A stretch of 64,000 nucleotides of DNA from a virus: the IMG/VR virus record IMGVR_UViG_3300035701_000001, one strand, 5' to 3'. A program made the position numbers and the translations under genes. Below the pieces are notes generated by a model. It ran no database searches. It saw only the letters and a program-made list of their open reading frames with translations, and was not told the DNA's origin. Positions 32,369-42,142 of the stretch are shown piece by piece (position 1 is the stretch's first letter; each line of letters starts with the position of its first letter).

Positions 32369-32744
32369 TCCCATACCATGCGGTCAATTTCTCCCGGAGT
32401 TCCGGTTCCAGGGCCTTGGCCTTCCTCTGACCAGACTCGTATGCTTCAGGGAAGTTGCCGGGGAACACGCTCCGACGCCATCCAGAGTGGAGGTCCTTGA
32501 GAACCTGATCGACGGATCCGTGCTGGCGGTAGCCCATCAGGGTCTTGACCGCCTGGGTGGCCTGGTTTCCAGCACCGGGGATCTGGCCGTTTTCCTCCGC
32601 TGCCTTGAAATGTCTGCCGGTCGCTCCTGCTTCTTCGGGGCTGTCGTAGATGGCGACGATGTACGCCGCCGAAACGAGTGGCTGTCCGGGGTATTCGAAG
32701 AACTCTCGGAGCCTGCAATACTCGCTGTCGCTGATTTTTTTCAT
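32364..32744 (-). CDS. hypothetical protein
   Basis: 126 aa ORF. Confidence 0.6.
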   Translation of the reverse strand: MKKISDSEYCRLREFFEYPGQPLVSAAYIVAIYDSPEEAGATGRHFKAAEENGQIPGAGNQATQAVKTLMGYRQHGSVDQVLKDLHSGWRRSVFPGNFPEAYESGQRKAKALEPELREKLTAWYGR

Positions 32745-32773
32745 TTGGAAGTCTTATCCCTGGATCTGACAGT

Positions 32774-32802
32774 TTGCCACAACGAGTGTCATCGGGTAAG
32801 GT
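32774..32802 (+). promoter_or_regulatory. promoter with operator copy
   Basis: TTGCCA-N17-TAAGGT; TGCCAC-AACGA-GTGTCA; closely parallels the 25563 promoter. Confidence 0.65.
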
Positions 32803-32839
32803 TCTCCCACGAGGAAATGTTTCTTCTCAGGAGAAGCCC

Positions 32840-33076
32840 ATGGATTCCTTCACGGCGGTCGGTCTTGCGGAAGGCTTCCTTGATCCCACAAAACCGAACA
32901 AGGAAGAACAGAAGGCCGAGATCCTCGAAGCCTGGCAGTACCTCATCGACACCGGAGAGGTCTGGCAGATGCAGGGATGGTTCGGTCGGACAGCCCAGGC
33001 TCTCCTGGACCGAGGGCTCTGCCGTCCAGCCCCCTCTCCAGCCCCCTCGAACCCGCTCGAAGCGAAGGAAGGTTGA
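32840..33076 (+). CDS. small hypothetical phage protein
   Basis: EAWQYLIDTGEVWQMQGWFGRTAQALL; AGGAG RBS. Confidence 0.7.
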   Translation: MDSFTAVGLAEGFLDPTKPNKEEQKAEILEAWQYLIDTGEVWQMQGWFGRTAQALLDRGLCRPAPSPAPSNPLEAKEG

Positions 33077-33078
33077 CC

Positions 33079-33612
33079 ATGTGGGACATCGACTACCCCA
33101 AGACATCCTTCACCCCGTTCAACACCCTGGAAGAGGTCCGTGGATACGTCCTGGATCATCTCCGGTCTGGAGCGAGGTGTCCTTGCTGCGGTCAGACGGC
33201 GAAGGTCTACGGGCGCAAGTACAACCTCTCCGAGGCCTACTCACTCATCTGGCTCGTGAAGGAGTCCGGTCCCCTGATGCGCTGGGTGAACGTCCCGGAA
33301 AACGCACCAAAGGGTCTCATCAAGTCGAGGGAATTCCCCAAGAACCGGTACTGGGGCCTCATCGAGCCCAAGCCCAACGACGACGATCCGAAGAAGAAGG
33401 ACTCGGGGATCTGGCGTCCCACAGACAAGGGTGTGAACTTCGCCTACAACCGCATCCGGTTGGAGCAGAGGGTTTTCCTCTATGACAACCATGTGGTCGG
33501 CTTCGCCTCCGAGACGATGTCCATCCTGGACGCGCTCGGGACCCGGTTTGACTACGAGGAACTCATGTCGGACCGTTCCATGCCGGACCTCTGGAAGGAC
33601 TCCAAGAAGTAG
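33079..33612 (+). CDS. hypothetical protein with CPCCG motif and winged-helix-like region
   Basis: 177 aa; GAAGG upstream. Confidence 0.7.
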   Translation: MWDIDYPKTSFTPFNTLEEVRGYVLDHLRSGARCPCCGQTAKVYGRKYNLSEAYSLIWLVKESGPLMRWVNVPENAPKGLIKSREFPKNRYWGLIEPKPNDDDPKKKDSGIWRPTDKGVNFAYNRIRLEQRVFLYDNHVVGFASETMSILDALGTRFDYEELMSDRSMPDLWKDSKK

Positions 33613-33718
33613 AAGAGGTCCAAATTCTCCTGGAGATGCAGACTCTGCAGGAGTCTCAAAAAAACGTGTTTGTACGTAACTTTGTGTAGAGTACCTCCTT
33701 TTGGGTTAGAACGAGGAC

Positions 33719-34186
33719 ATGCAGATCCGTCGTACCCAGGACGGAATGTCAGGGTTTTTGTGCTGGAACCTTGTCAGCCCTGGACTCGTGGACCTCGTCC
33801 ATGCCTTCTTCTCGGGGGATCGCTTCGTGGTTTGGCCCTTCGTTCTGACACAGCACGTGCTTCCGGTTGAAGAAGAGCTTCACGAGGTCATCCACGCGGT
33901 TCAACAGGTCGAGTGCTCGATGGCCGGGACCCTGCTCGTTCTGTTGCTCTACCTCTCCTGTCTTTCCCCGGCCGTGCTCTGGCTGCTTCCCTTTGCCTGG
34001 CTGCCGGGGTCGAACCCCTACCACATCTTGACGATTGTTTTCTATGAAATTGGACTTTTCAGACACAAGAGTCGGAATGCAGCTTGGCACCGGATTCCAT
34101 TTGAACAAGAGGCCAGGGAAGGCAAATCCTGTCTGTATTACCTGGTAAAACGTCCATTATTGGCCTGGTGGTCGTACCAGATCTGA
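33719..34186 (+). CDS. putative membrane protein with HExxH motif
   Basis: LHEVIHAVQQVE; hydrophobic segments; IPFEQEA. Confidence 0.6.
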   Translation: MQIRRTQDGMSGFLCWNLVSPGLVDLVHAFFSGDRFVVWPFVLTQHVLPVEEELHEVIHAVQQVECSMAGTLLVLLLYLSCLSPAVLWLLPFAWLPGSNPYHILTIVFYEIGLFRHKSRNAAWHRIPFEQEAREGKSCLYYLVKRPLLAWWSYQI

Positions 34187-34224
34187 CCCTAGACATAACC
34201 CGAGGGTCCGGATAAGGACGCCGG

Positions 34225-34458
34225 ATGCCCCACTGGGAAGAAATCCTCGTGGAGTCCTACCGACTCCCGGCCGCTGGACGTGTCTGGACGTTCCACAAGG
34301 TACGCCTGCGGAGAGGACCGGATGGGAAGACGATCCTGCCTCGGGAAGAGCGGGATGCGATCCACACGGTCATCTCCCGAATCCTGCTGAAGAAAACCAC
34401 GCCACTCACGGAGGCGGAGCAGGCGTTTCTCGATGATCTGACCTACGAGTCGCTCTAG
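34225..34458 (+). CDS. small hypothetical protein
   Basis: 77 aa ORF. Confidence 0.5.
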   Translation: MPHWEEILVESYRLPAAGRVWTFHKVRLRRGPDGKTILPREERDAIHTVISRILLKKTTPLTEAEQAFLDDLTYESL

Positions 34459-34487
34459 GGCAAGGCGGGGCAGGTTAGAGAAACTCC

Positions 34488-35324
34488 ATGGCCCTTCCGC
34501 TTCTGGCTCTCGGAATGCTCGGATTTGCCGCTGCGGCGGACGGGTCAAAGCCATCGTCCTCCGTGGAGTCGATTTCTCCGAGCGAACGTCTCCGTCGAAT
34601 TCGACAGCGACATTTTCTCTTTTACTTCGTCGGTGTAGATGTCGAGTTCAACGAAGGATTCGATTATGACCGCAAGGAAGGTCTGGGGATATTCCAAAAA
34701 TCAGGCGATGCCATCGCGGTGATTCCCCACTCGTTCCTGTACTGGTTGAATCAGCAATTCAGAGTGTTGGGACAGTTGGATCCACGGTTTGACCGATGTG
34801 AATTTTCGTACGGAGGACAGGACGATCCTCTTCCTGTCGAGCTTTATTTCACCCAATCCATCCCGGTGGGTCCTCTGCGGGATTACCTGATGAATCTTGG
34901 AGATTTCGAGAATCCCGCCACACCGAAAGACATTGAGTGCCGCCATGCCATCTTGGATTATCTGCTCTACGGTACGGATGAGGACTTCGAGTTTGTCCAG
35001 GACCTCCTGATCCGGAACTACGGCATGGACTGGATGATCCATAAGAACCCTACGTTTGGCCCCATGGATTTGCAGCGGGTCAAGACGGAGTTGAAAGCAG
35101 AACCTCCTGTCCACATCCTTCCGACTTCGATTCCGGATTACTACCTGAACCCGAGAATCGGACTGTCCAAGTGGAAGTCCTGTGATCTTTCCTGGATGGA
35201 AGTGGAAGACACCTTCGAGTTGAACTGTTCGTTGCTCTCGAAGACAGAATGGGATTCCCTGGAAGGCTACCTTGCCTGGCTCAAGGCAAAAGGTGGATTC
35301 TCCTCTGTCCCACGACTCGGTTAA
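34488..35324 (+). CDS. putative secreted hypothetical protein
   Basis: MALPLLALGMLGFAAAA signal-like start. Confidence 0.75.
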   Translation: MALPLLALGMLGFAAAADGSKPSSSVESISPSERLRRIRQRHFLFYFVGVDVEFNEGFDYDRKEGLGIFQKSGDAIAVIPHSFLYWLNQQFRVLGQLDPRFDRCEFSYGGQDDPLPVELYFTQSIPVGPLRDYLMNLGDFENPATPKDIECRHAILDYLLYGTDEDFEFVQDLLIRNYGMDWMIHKNPTFGPMDLQRVKTELKAEPPVHILPTSIPDYYLNPRIGLSKWKSCDLSWMEVEDTFELNCSLLSKTEWDSLEGYLAWLKAKGGFSSVPRLG

Positions 35325-35351
35325 AGAAAAGAAGAACCCATTGGAGTCTCC

Positions 35352-36350
35352 ATGTTTCTTCCCCTTCTGCTCGGCGGTCTCGTCGGTTTCGTCGCGGCCC
35401 AGTCCATGGCCCCTACCGAGACGGAACTCGTGAAGGGGTTTTTGGGAGAGAAGGTCAAGGACGAGGACATCGAGAAGATCAAGTATGTCGTCGAGAACTT
35501 CTGGGACCAGATCCAGAACTTCATCTCCTTGATGGCTGCTCCTTCTGTGGCGAAGGAGGCAGCGGGAGGGTGCTATGGTTTGGCAGCGTGGCAAACCCTG
35601 GGTATGTCCGAGTCTGTGATCCCAGAAAGTGGGTATGAGCGTCAAAGTCGTGAGCGCAGAAGCATCCGCCGAACCCTCGGAGAGGTCCCCGGCGTCTTCG
35701 AGATGATCGCGATGTACTACCTGCTCGCGGATCCCCAGACCCCGCTCTACCTCAAGGCAGAACTCGCGAGCGTGCTGGCCTACGTGCTTTCTCCCGTCGA
35801 CCTCATCCCGGACGAGATCCCCGGCATCGGACAACTGGACGACCTCGGACTTCTCTACCTCGGCTACCAGCATGCCAAGGAGCATTTCCAGCCGCACCAC
35901 CTCGACCAGGCCGAGCAGTGGATCCGGGACCGGGGCAACGAGCCCTACCTCATGACGCCCAAGATTCTCTCCTCCTGGCTGCGCGCCAAGGCCCCGGCAG
36001 CCTTTGCCTCTCGGCCGACTTCCCACGAAGGATTCGGGGCCTCCGATCCATGGGAGATCTGTCCGGTCTGTGGAATGCCGGCAGAGGGCCGCTGCAAGTG
36101 CGCCTGGGGAGACCGGGAGTGCTCCTGTGGACATCACTGGGGCTGGTGCCCGGTTCATGGACGACGGGTTCTCTATCCTCCTGGTAAGAACTTGCATGCG
36201 CTGCCCACGCCCGAGTTCGGGACGTGCCTGTGCTCTTACGGAAAGCCCGTTCCGGAATCCCATCCTCCGACCCATGAAGGGTTTGGAGCACAAGATCGCA
36301 GGAGAGAAGAGGAACTTGTCCAGTTGTTCCTGGATGAACTCTACCCATGA
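35352..36350 (+). CDS. YkvA/DUF1232-domain protein with C-terminal Cys-rich Zn ribbon
   Basis: LAYVLSPVDLIPDEIPGIGQLDDLGLL; CPVCG..CKCAWGDRECSCGHHWGWCPVH. Confidence 0.75.
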   Translation: MFLPLLLGGLVGFVAAQSMAPTETELVKGFLGEKVKDEDIEKIKYVVENFWDQIQNFISLMAAPSVAKEAAGGCYGLAAWQTLGMSESVIPESGYERQSRERRSIRRTLGEVPGVFEMIAMYYLLADPQTPLYLKAELASVLAYVLSPVDLIPDEIPGIGQLDDLGLLYLGYQHAKEHFQPHHLDQAEQWIRDRGNEPYLMTPKILSSWLRAKAPAAFASRPTSHEGFGASDPWEICPVCGMPAEGRCKCAWGDRECSCGHHWGWCPVHGRRVLYPPGKNLHALPTPEFGTCLCSYGKPVPESHPPTHEGFGAQDRRREEELVQLFLDELYP

Positions 36351-36757
36351 TCCTCCCCGTCTTCCTCTTTACGCTGGCCGGAAGTCTCTTCACGGAGGAA
36401 GCCCGCAGGAGCGCCCAGTTCTCTCTCTGGTTGCAGAAGGTGTTCTACGATCCATCCGGAGAGAGAGTCGGTTCCGATCCCATCGTCTTCACGGCTCCGT
36501 TCTACGCAGACCGCTTGGAAGAGCTTCTCGGTCATCCGGACATCCTCGGGATTCCGTGGTCCCACTGGCAGCTTTCCCATGATCGGAAGACCCTGTTCCT
36601 GATCTCTTTTCGCAACCCGGTACCAAATTCCGACTATGACGTCGTGCTCGAAGCGGTCCTGCACAAGAACCTCGGCATCTTCATGGAAGCAGACCAGCTT
36701 GTCTTCGCCCTCTGGTCCGATCCCGACATCGTGCAGCAGAGCTACGGAAGTCTCTGA
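36347..36757 (+). CDS. hypothetical protein with hydrophobic N-terminus
   Basis: ATGA-coupled 136 aa ORF. Confidence 0.65.
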   Translation: MILPVFLFTLAGSLFTEEARRSAQFSLWLQKVFYDPSGERVGSDPIVFTAPFYADRLEELLGHPDILGIPWSHWQLSHDRKTLFLISFRNPVPNSDYDVVLEAVLHKNLGIFMEADQLVFALWSDPDIVQQSYGSL

Positions 36758-36765
36758 TTTCTTCT

Positions 36766-36931
36766 GAAGAACGACAGGATCACCACGAAGAACACGAAGG
36801 ACACGAAGGATCGGACTGGTCGGACCCCGCGCTCTCCGCGTTCTCTGCGGTAGAAAAGACCAGAAAAACCACCACGGAGGACACGGAGGACACGGAGGAT
36901 CGGACGGACCGGACTCCGCGTTTTCGGCGGT
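36766..36931 (+). repeat. dispersed palindromic repeat, copy 2
   Basis: ACCACGAAGAACACGAAGGACACGAAG...CTCCGCGTTCTCTGCGGT x2. Confidence 0.85.
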
Positions 36932-37009
36932 GACTTGTTCCCCAGACACAGAACGACGCATCAGCCCCGAAGGGCTGTGCGTCGTCCGTGGACTTCCCTG
37001 GAGTGGGCG

Positions 37010-37474
37010 TCAGACGATGAAGTGCATCGTCAGCCGGGCGGACCCGACGGTCGGGAATCCACTGATGGTCGCGATGACTGCCTCGGGGACCTCCGGGGGG
37101 ATGGGTCCTGGGACGGCGACCGTAAAGGTGCGCTCCGCGTTGACCGACTTGATGCCGGGGGTCAGCAGATTGACCGCATCCACGAGGTTGATGAGGGAGT
37201 TCGGAACGGCGGCCGAACCGACGATGAGGGTCGCCAGGTTGTCGAACGGGGTGAGGACCTCGATCTCGGCCCCGGTGAAGACCATGCCGTTCGGGTAGGT
37301 CGGGGGGGCCTGGTTCGGAGGAGACAGGGTCGGGTACGCCCCTGCCGCACCGGGTAGCGCGATGACGACCGCGATCTCCTGCGGGGAGATGTTGGCTCCC
37401 ATGTCGCCCTGCTCGCCATCGAACCGCTCGTCGCAGAACCGGCTGTTCAACCCATCGACGTTTTTCTTGCCCAT
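37010..37474 (-). CDS. hypothetical beta-rich protein, possibly structural
   Basis: 154 aa, GAGGA RBS, Pro/Ala/Val-rich beta pattern. Confidence 0.6.
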   Translation of the reverse strand: MGKKNVDGLNSRFCDERFDGEQGDMGANISPQEIAVVIALPGAAGAYPTLSPPNQAPPTYPNGMVFTGAEIEVLTPFDNLATLIVGSAAVPNSLINLVDAVNLLTPGIKSVNAERTFTVAVPGPIPPEVPEAVIATISGFPTVGSARLTMHFIV

Positions 37475-37710
37475 GATGTCCTCGTCCTCGTGTGGGAAGG
37501 TTCACCCCTCCTGTATCCGGCATCGGGGAAACCTTCCAATCCTCCGGGAGAGGCTTGGGGGGATGAAACAGGATTCATCCGGTTTGATGTGTGAAAATAA
37601 GCAGGATTCCCCTTGTGTATGACAAAGAGATGGTTCTGGTTGTCCTGGAAAAGCCTCCGTACGATTTGGACAGGGAGAGGAGGGTGGGCAAGACAGGTTA
37701 GGAAGAGTCC

Positions 37711-38178
37711 ATGATCTGGGAACTCGCCATGCTGGGACTCGCGCTCGCCTCGGATACACCTGAGGAAAATCCCGACAGCCCCTACTGGAACGATTGGCTG
37801 TGGGAAAAGCGGTTTGAGCACGCGGATCGGATCCGGAAATCCTTCGGAGTTCCCAAGATGACTCCCAGGGATCGAATGCGGGCATTGGTCCATGAACGGC
37901 CTTTTTCCCGCTATGTTGTCTATGGATTGACGATCTGGCTTGCCGAATACATTCCCCGTGACATCACTCCGGATGCTCCATGGGTTTTCGTTCAACACAC
38001 TCGTCTGCATGAGGCGTGGATTTCCCAACTCTGTGTCCCGCGTTCAAAGGGGGACATGTCCAAGAATATGCAGGTTCTGGCGAAGCAGATATTCCTGCCT
38101 TGGTTCGGTACCGGTGCGATCAGCCTCGGGTTCGTCTCGGAAGAAAAGATGCGCTCGTATTGCGGGACGCTGCCGTGA
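37711..38178 (+). CDS. array paralog 1
   Basis: family motif. Confidence 0.85.
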   Translation: MIWELAMLGLALASDTPEENPDSPYWNDWLWEKRFEHADRIRKSFGVPKMTPRDRMRALVHERPFSRYVVYGLTIWLAEYIPRDITPDAPWVFVQHTRLHEAWISQLCVPRSKGDMSKNMQVLAKQIFLPWFGTGAISLGFVSEEKMRSYCGTLP

Positions 38179-38672
38179 TCCTGGAATTGACTACACTGGG
38201 ATTCGCGCTTGCCTCGGATGCTTCCGAGGAGAATCCCGAGAGCCCATACTGGGATGAGTGGTCCTGGGAATGTCGGTTCGAGCACGCGGATCGGATTCGG
38301 GAATCCCTTGTCATTCCAAAGCTCACTCCGGGGGATCGGATGCGGGTAATGCTGGGACAACCTCCTCGGTCTCCCTACGTAATCTCTGAGGATCTCTATC
38401 TTGTCCAGAAAATCGACGAAAAGAAACTGACGCTCAACCGAAAACTGGGGATACAGGAGAAATCGTACTGGCATCTGGTGCGGTACCAGGATTTGTCTCC
38501 CAAACACATCATGGCATCTCTGATTTCAAGACGCGGGGATCGTGCTTCACAACCTATTTTTGAAGTCGAGAAGGTGCTCGGAGAACAGATTTTTCTACCC
38601 CAGATCACCTGGTTGCCCATGGGTTGGATCAACGAAGATCAAGTCCGTGAAATCTGTGGAATGGTTCCATGA
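38175..38672 (+). CDS. array paralog 2
   Basis: family motif, GTG start. Confidence 0.85.
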   Translation: MILELTTLGFALASDASEENPESPYWDEWSWECRFEHADRIRESLVIPKLTPGDRMRVMLGQPPRSPYVISEDLYLVQKIDEKKLTLNRKLGIQEKSYWHLVRYQDLSPKHIMASLISRRGDRASQPIFEVEKVLGEQIFLPQITWLPMGWINEDQVREICGMVP

Positions 38673-39148
38673 TCCTCGAACTCACCACGCTGGGCCTTGC
38701 ATTGGCTTCGGATGCTTCGGGTTCCGAAGAAGAAGCCTGGATCCAGAAATTCGAGGAGACCAACATCCTTCGAGCTTCCTACGGAATTCCTGTGCTCACG
38801 GCTGCAGAACGCATGGCGTGGATGATCGGTGAAAATCCGATCTCGAAAAGCCATATGGTCTGTGGATATGTCGAGACAGGAAAACTCGGCACACTTTCCG
38901 ATTATCTTGTCTGGATTGCAGAAGCAAAACCGGACTTGGTACTTGGATACTCTACAGGTTCCATCAAGGGATTTCAACTTCACCTATTTTATGCATTCCG
39001 AAAAAAGTTTACGGACTCATGGGAAGTCTCCATTTTCGAGCAGGAAATCGCCAGGAAGTTGTTCCTTCCCTGTTCTCTTGTTCCCCGACGTCCAGGAACC
39101 GTCACAACAGTGAACAGCTTCCTGACATTGAGGAATGATCTTCGATGA
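38669..39148 (+). CDS. array paralog 3
   Basis: family motif. Confidence 0.85.
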   Translation: MILELTTLGLALASDASGSEEEAWIQKFEETNILRASYGIPVLTAAERMAWMIGENPISKSHMVCGYVETGKLGTLSDYLVWIAEAKPDLVLGYSTGSIKGFQLHLFYAFRKKFTDSWEVSIFEQEIARKLFLPCSLVPRRPGTVTTVNSFLTLRNDLR

Positions 39149-39657
39149 TCCTCGAACTCGCCATGCTGGGACTTGCGGTGGCCTCGGACTCCGAGTCGGA
39201 CGGCAATGAGCAAGAATGGACAAGGCGATTCGAAGAGGTGGACAAGCTGAGAGTCCAGTATGGGGTCCCGCCTCTCACGGCACAGGACAGGATCCGGTGG
39301 ATGATCGGGCAGCAGCCTTCGAAGGAGTACGTGCTGGTCTGGCGGTTCGACCGTTTTCACGAGAGACAGACTCTCGACGACGTCATACTTTCCTTTTACC
39401 GAAAAGAAGTGGAGGAGCCTGCTTCATACCGACGGATGGTTTTCTCTTTTCTACCGAGTTGGAAGCTCTATGAGTTCGCACGGATCGCCAAGCAAACCTC
39501 ATTGAAAATAGAGGATCAGATCAGGTCTTACGCCGAAGTTCTCGAAAATCAGATGTTTTTGCGACGGGCGATCTCCGATGTCGGAGCAGGACTGATCGAT
39601 GTCCATCCTCCCAACGAGGTCCTGGGAATCATCCTTCATGGGGAGAAGAAGGGATGA
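39145..39657 (+). CDS. array paralog 4
   Basis: family motif. Confidence 0.85.
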   Translation: MILELAMLGLAVASDSESDGNEQEWTRRFEEVDKLRVQYGVPPLTAQDRIRWMIGQQPSKEYVLVWRFDRFHERQTLDDVILSFYRKEVEEPASYRRMVFSFLPSWKLYEFARIAKQTSLKIEDQIRSYAEVLENQMFLRRAISDVGAGLIDVHPPNEVLGIILHGEKKG

Positions 39658-40124
39658 TTCTCGAACTCTCCATCCTGGGTCTCGCGATTCTCTCGGATTC
39701 CGAACCAGAGCCCGAAGGGTCTGAATGGATTCGGCGATTTGAAGAGATCGACAGCCTGCGTTTCAACTGCGAAATCCCCTTTCTTTCTGCTCAGGAACGG
39801 ATGGCAGTTGTCCTCGGAAAAAACCCGACCTCCAAAGATTACATTCTTTCGACTTTTCACGAACAAACCAAGCACCAGGGTTGGTTTCGAATCTTTGTTG
39901 GCAAATTGGAAGAAGGAGAGCTTTTGGATGGAAAAAGGTCGTTCTTGTTGAGAAGATGGTGCTTGTTCGCAGACAAGTTCAAGAGTATCTTCGATGCCAT
40001 GTCGGCACGGAACGGAATGGCGAAAGCACTGTTCCTCCCTGCTACCGCACTCTCTTTTTCCACAAGGGAACCCCACCATACGACCCAGGAAAGCCTGGAC
40101 GGCAACTGGATTGACCTGAGATGA
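39654..40124 (+). CDS. array paralog 5
   Basis: family motif. Confidence 0.85.
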   Translation: MILELSILGLAILSDSEPEPEGSEWIRRFEEIDSLRFNCEIPFLSAQERMAVVLGKNPTSKDYILSTFHEQTKHQGWFRIFVGKLEEGELLDGKRSFLLRRWCLFADKFKSIFDAMSARNGMAKALFLPATALSFSTREPHHTTQESLDGNWIDLR

Positions 40125-40591
40125 TTCTCGAACTCGTCACCCTTGCGTTCTCCGCCCTCTCCGATCAGGAGAAGGTCTCTGAGCAGGACTGGTCTCAACG
40201 GTTCCAGGAAATGGATCTGAGGAGATCTGAAGTTGGGATTCCACCGCTTACACCAAGGGAACGGATGCAAAGGATGCTCGGAGAGCCCCCCTCTTCGGAC
40301 CAGTACGTATTGTATGCGAGAGAAGAGTGGGATTCTGATCTACATTTTTCCGTCTATGTCTTTGGCATGGCAAAGCTCGAAAAGTCCCCATCAGGATACG
40401 GATATCGCGTACGAAACTTTCAGCGCTTGATGGAAGAGGAGAAAGACCTTACAAAAGCGATGATCCGCCTTGGAGAATTGGCAAAGGAACTCCATGTCCT
40501 GTACAGCACACTCGTCAGTACATTGACTCCGGATTGGTTCGATGTCGACCACCTCGAAGAAATGCGGAAGAACTGGCTGGACATCCCATGA
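40121..40591 (+). CDS. array paralog 6
   Basis: family motif. Confidence 0.85.
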   Translation: MILELVTLAFSALSDQEKVSEQDWSQRFQEMDLRRSEVGIPPLTPRERMQRMLGEPPSSDQYVLYAREEWDSDLHFSVYVFGMAKLEKSPSGYGYRVRNFQRLMEEEKDLTKAMIRLGELAKELHVLYSTLVSTLTPDWFDVDHLEEMRKNWLDIP

Positions 40592-41145
40592 TTCTCGAAC
40601 TCGTCACCCTTGCACTCGCCGCTGCCTCAGATGGAGAAGACTCCTCCGAAATCGACTGGACCCGGTGGTTCGACGAGATTGACTGGATGCGGATTTCCCT
40701 CGGAATGGCCCCGCTCTCTCCCCAGGAACGGATGTGCCTTCTACTCGGTGAAACCATTCCTGGAAACACCATTCCAACCCGATATGCCATCGGGTGTCTG
40801 CTCTCAGGGAAGGGCGAGGTTTCGGCCGAGGAATACCTGGTGAAACAGCGGATGATCGTGCAGGCCTTCCAAGCCATACACCTGGGTCCTTCCTCCACGG
40901 TGTTCGGGGCGAACTGGTTCTGGAAGAAGGTCGGACAGCGGGAGTTCCCCGATTCAACCTGGATGGATATCGAAGTCAATGGCCACAAACAGGCATACCC
41001 TGTCTCTCGCATCTCGCTCGCGACCCAGCGTTTGGCCAGGCAACTCTTCGTCCATTTTGCGGGATACGATGCGGCAGAGGGCCAGAGGCTCTCGACCTAC
41101 GATGTCCAGTGCATGGTCGGTCCTGTGAGGTCCCAAGTGCCATGA
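40588..41145 (+). CDS. array paralog 7
   Basis: family motif. Confidence 0.85.
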   Translation: MILELVTLALAAASDGEDSSEIDWTRWFDEIDWMRISLGMAPLSPQERMCLLLGETIPGNTIPTRYAIGCLLSGKGEVSAEEYLVKQRMIVQAFQAIHLGPSSTVFGANWFWKKVGQREFPDSTWMDIEVNGHKQAYPVSRISLATQRLARQLFVHFAGYDAAEGQRLSTYDVQCMVGPVRSQVP

Positions 41146-41615
41146 TCGGAGAACTCGCGCTGGTTTCGCTCGCACTGGCTGCCTCCTCGGAGGAAGGTCC
41201 AGAGGAGTCCACATGGATTGGCCGGTTCGAAGAACTCGACGCACTGCGGGGGAAGTACGGGGTGCCTCCGCTCACTCCCCAGGAACGGATGGGGCTCTTG
41301 ATCGGGGGAACGATTCCGTTTGTCTACGCCATTACGGATGTCCTTTCCTCGAAGAACTGCCCGCCGGGTCCATTCACGATCCAGGTTCTCACCTACCAAC
41401 CGGTCTGGGAAGGAGGGGAGTGGGTCTGGGAACAGGTGGGGTCGTCCTCTCCCAGCAGGGAACTCCTGCAGACCCTTTCTCATGAGAAAGTGGATGTCGA
41501 TGAGATCATGGAGGAACTGGCTCGAACATTGCGCGTACAGTACTTCTACATGATTCATCTGGGGCAGGAGGTACGGGGCTGGGAACTCGAACGCATGAAG
41601 GCGGGTGTGGAGTGA
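41142..41615 (+). CDS. array paralog 8
   Basis: family motif. Confidence 0.85.
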   Translation: MIGELALVSLALAASSEEGPEESTWIGRFEELDALRGKYGVPPLTPQERMGLLIGGTIPFVYAITDVLSSKNCPPGPFTIQVLTYQPVWEGGEWVWEQVGSSSPSRELLQTLSHEKVDVDEIMEELARTLRVQYFYMIHLGQEVRGWELERMKAGVE

Positions 41616-42142
41616 TTTCTGCTCTTTCGCTCCTCGGCCTGGCATTCGCCTCTGCCTCGGACGGGGAGTCGAGCGGGGAGATCTCCTCCGAACAGGAGTG
41701 GACTCGTCGGTTCGAAGAAGTCGATCAGCTTCGGAAGAAGTACCAGATCCCTGCTCTTTCTGCACAGGAACGCATGGCGTTGTTGCTCGGGCGTCCAAAC
41801 TATCCTGGCTATGCGATCAAGGGAACGGCATATCACCAGGACGATTACGGGAATTACGAAATCGAGATTCGTGTGTATCGACCCCGGTTTTTCCAATACA
41901 AAGATCTGGAGCCCCTGTGGGTTTGGAAGAAGTGCCATACGTCCGCCGGGGATGCGTCTTTGTGGAAGAGCACGGAATCCTACATGGCTGAATGGGTGAG
42001 CGAACGGATCGACCGGATTGTCCAAGAATTGGCAAAGAGGATGTACGTGTATTCGAGCACTCTTTCGATTACGGAGGAAGAATATCTATCTCATCGGGAG
42101 ATCGAAGCGGTCCTCGGTCCCCACCCGAAGGTTTTGCCATGA
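41612..42142 (+). CDS. array paralog 9
   Basis: family motif, GTG start. Confidence 0.85.
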   Translation: MISALSLLGLAFASASDGESSGEISSEQEWTRRFEEVDQLRKKYQIPALSAQERMALLLGRPNYPGYAIKGTAYHQDDYGNYEIEIRVYRPRFFQYKDLEPLWVWKKCHTSAGDASLWKSTESYMAEWVSERIDRIVQELAKRMYVYSSTLSITEEEYLSHREIEAVLGPHPKVLP

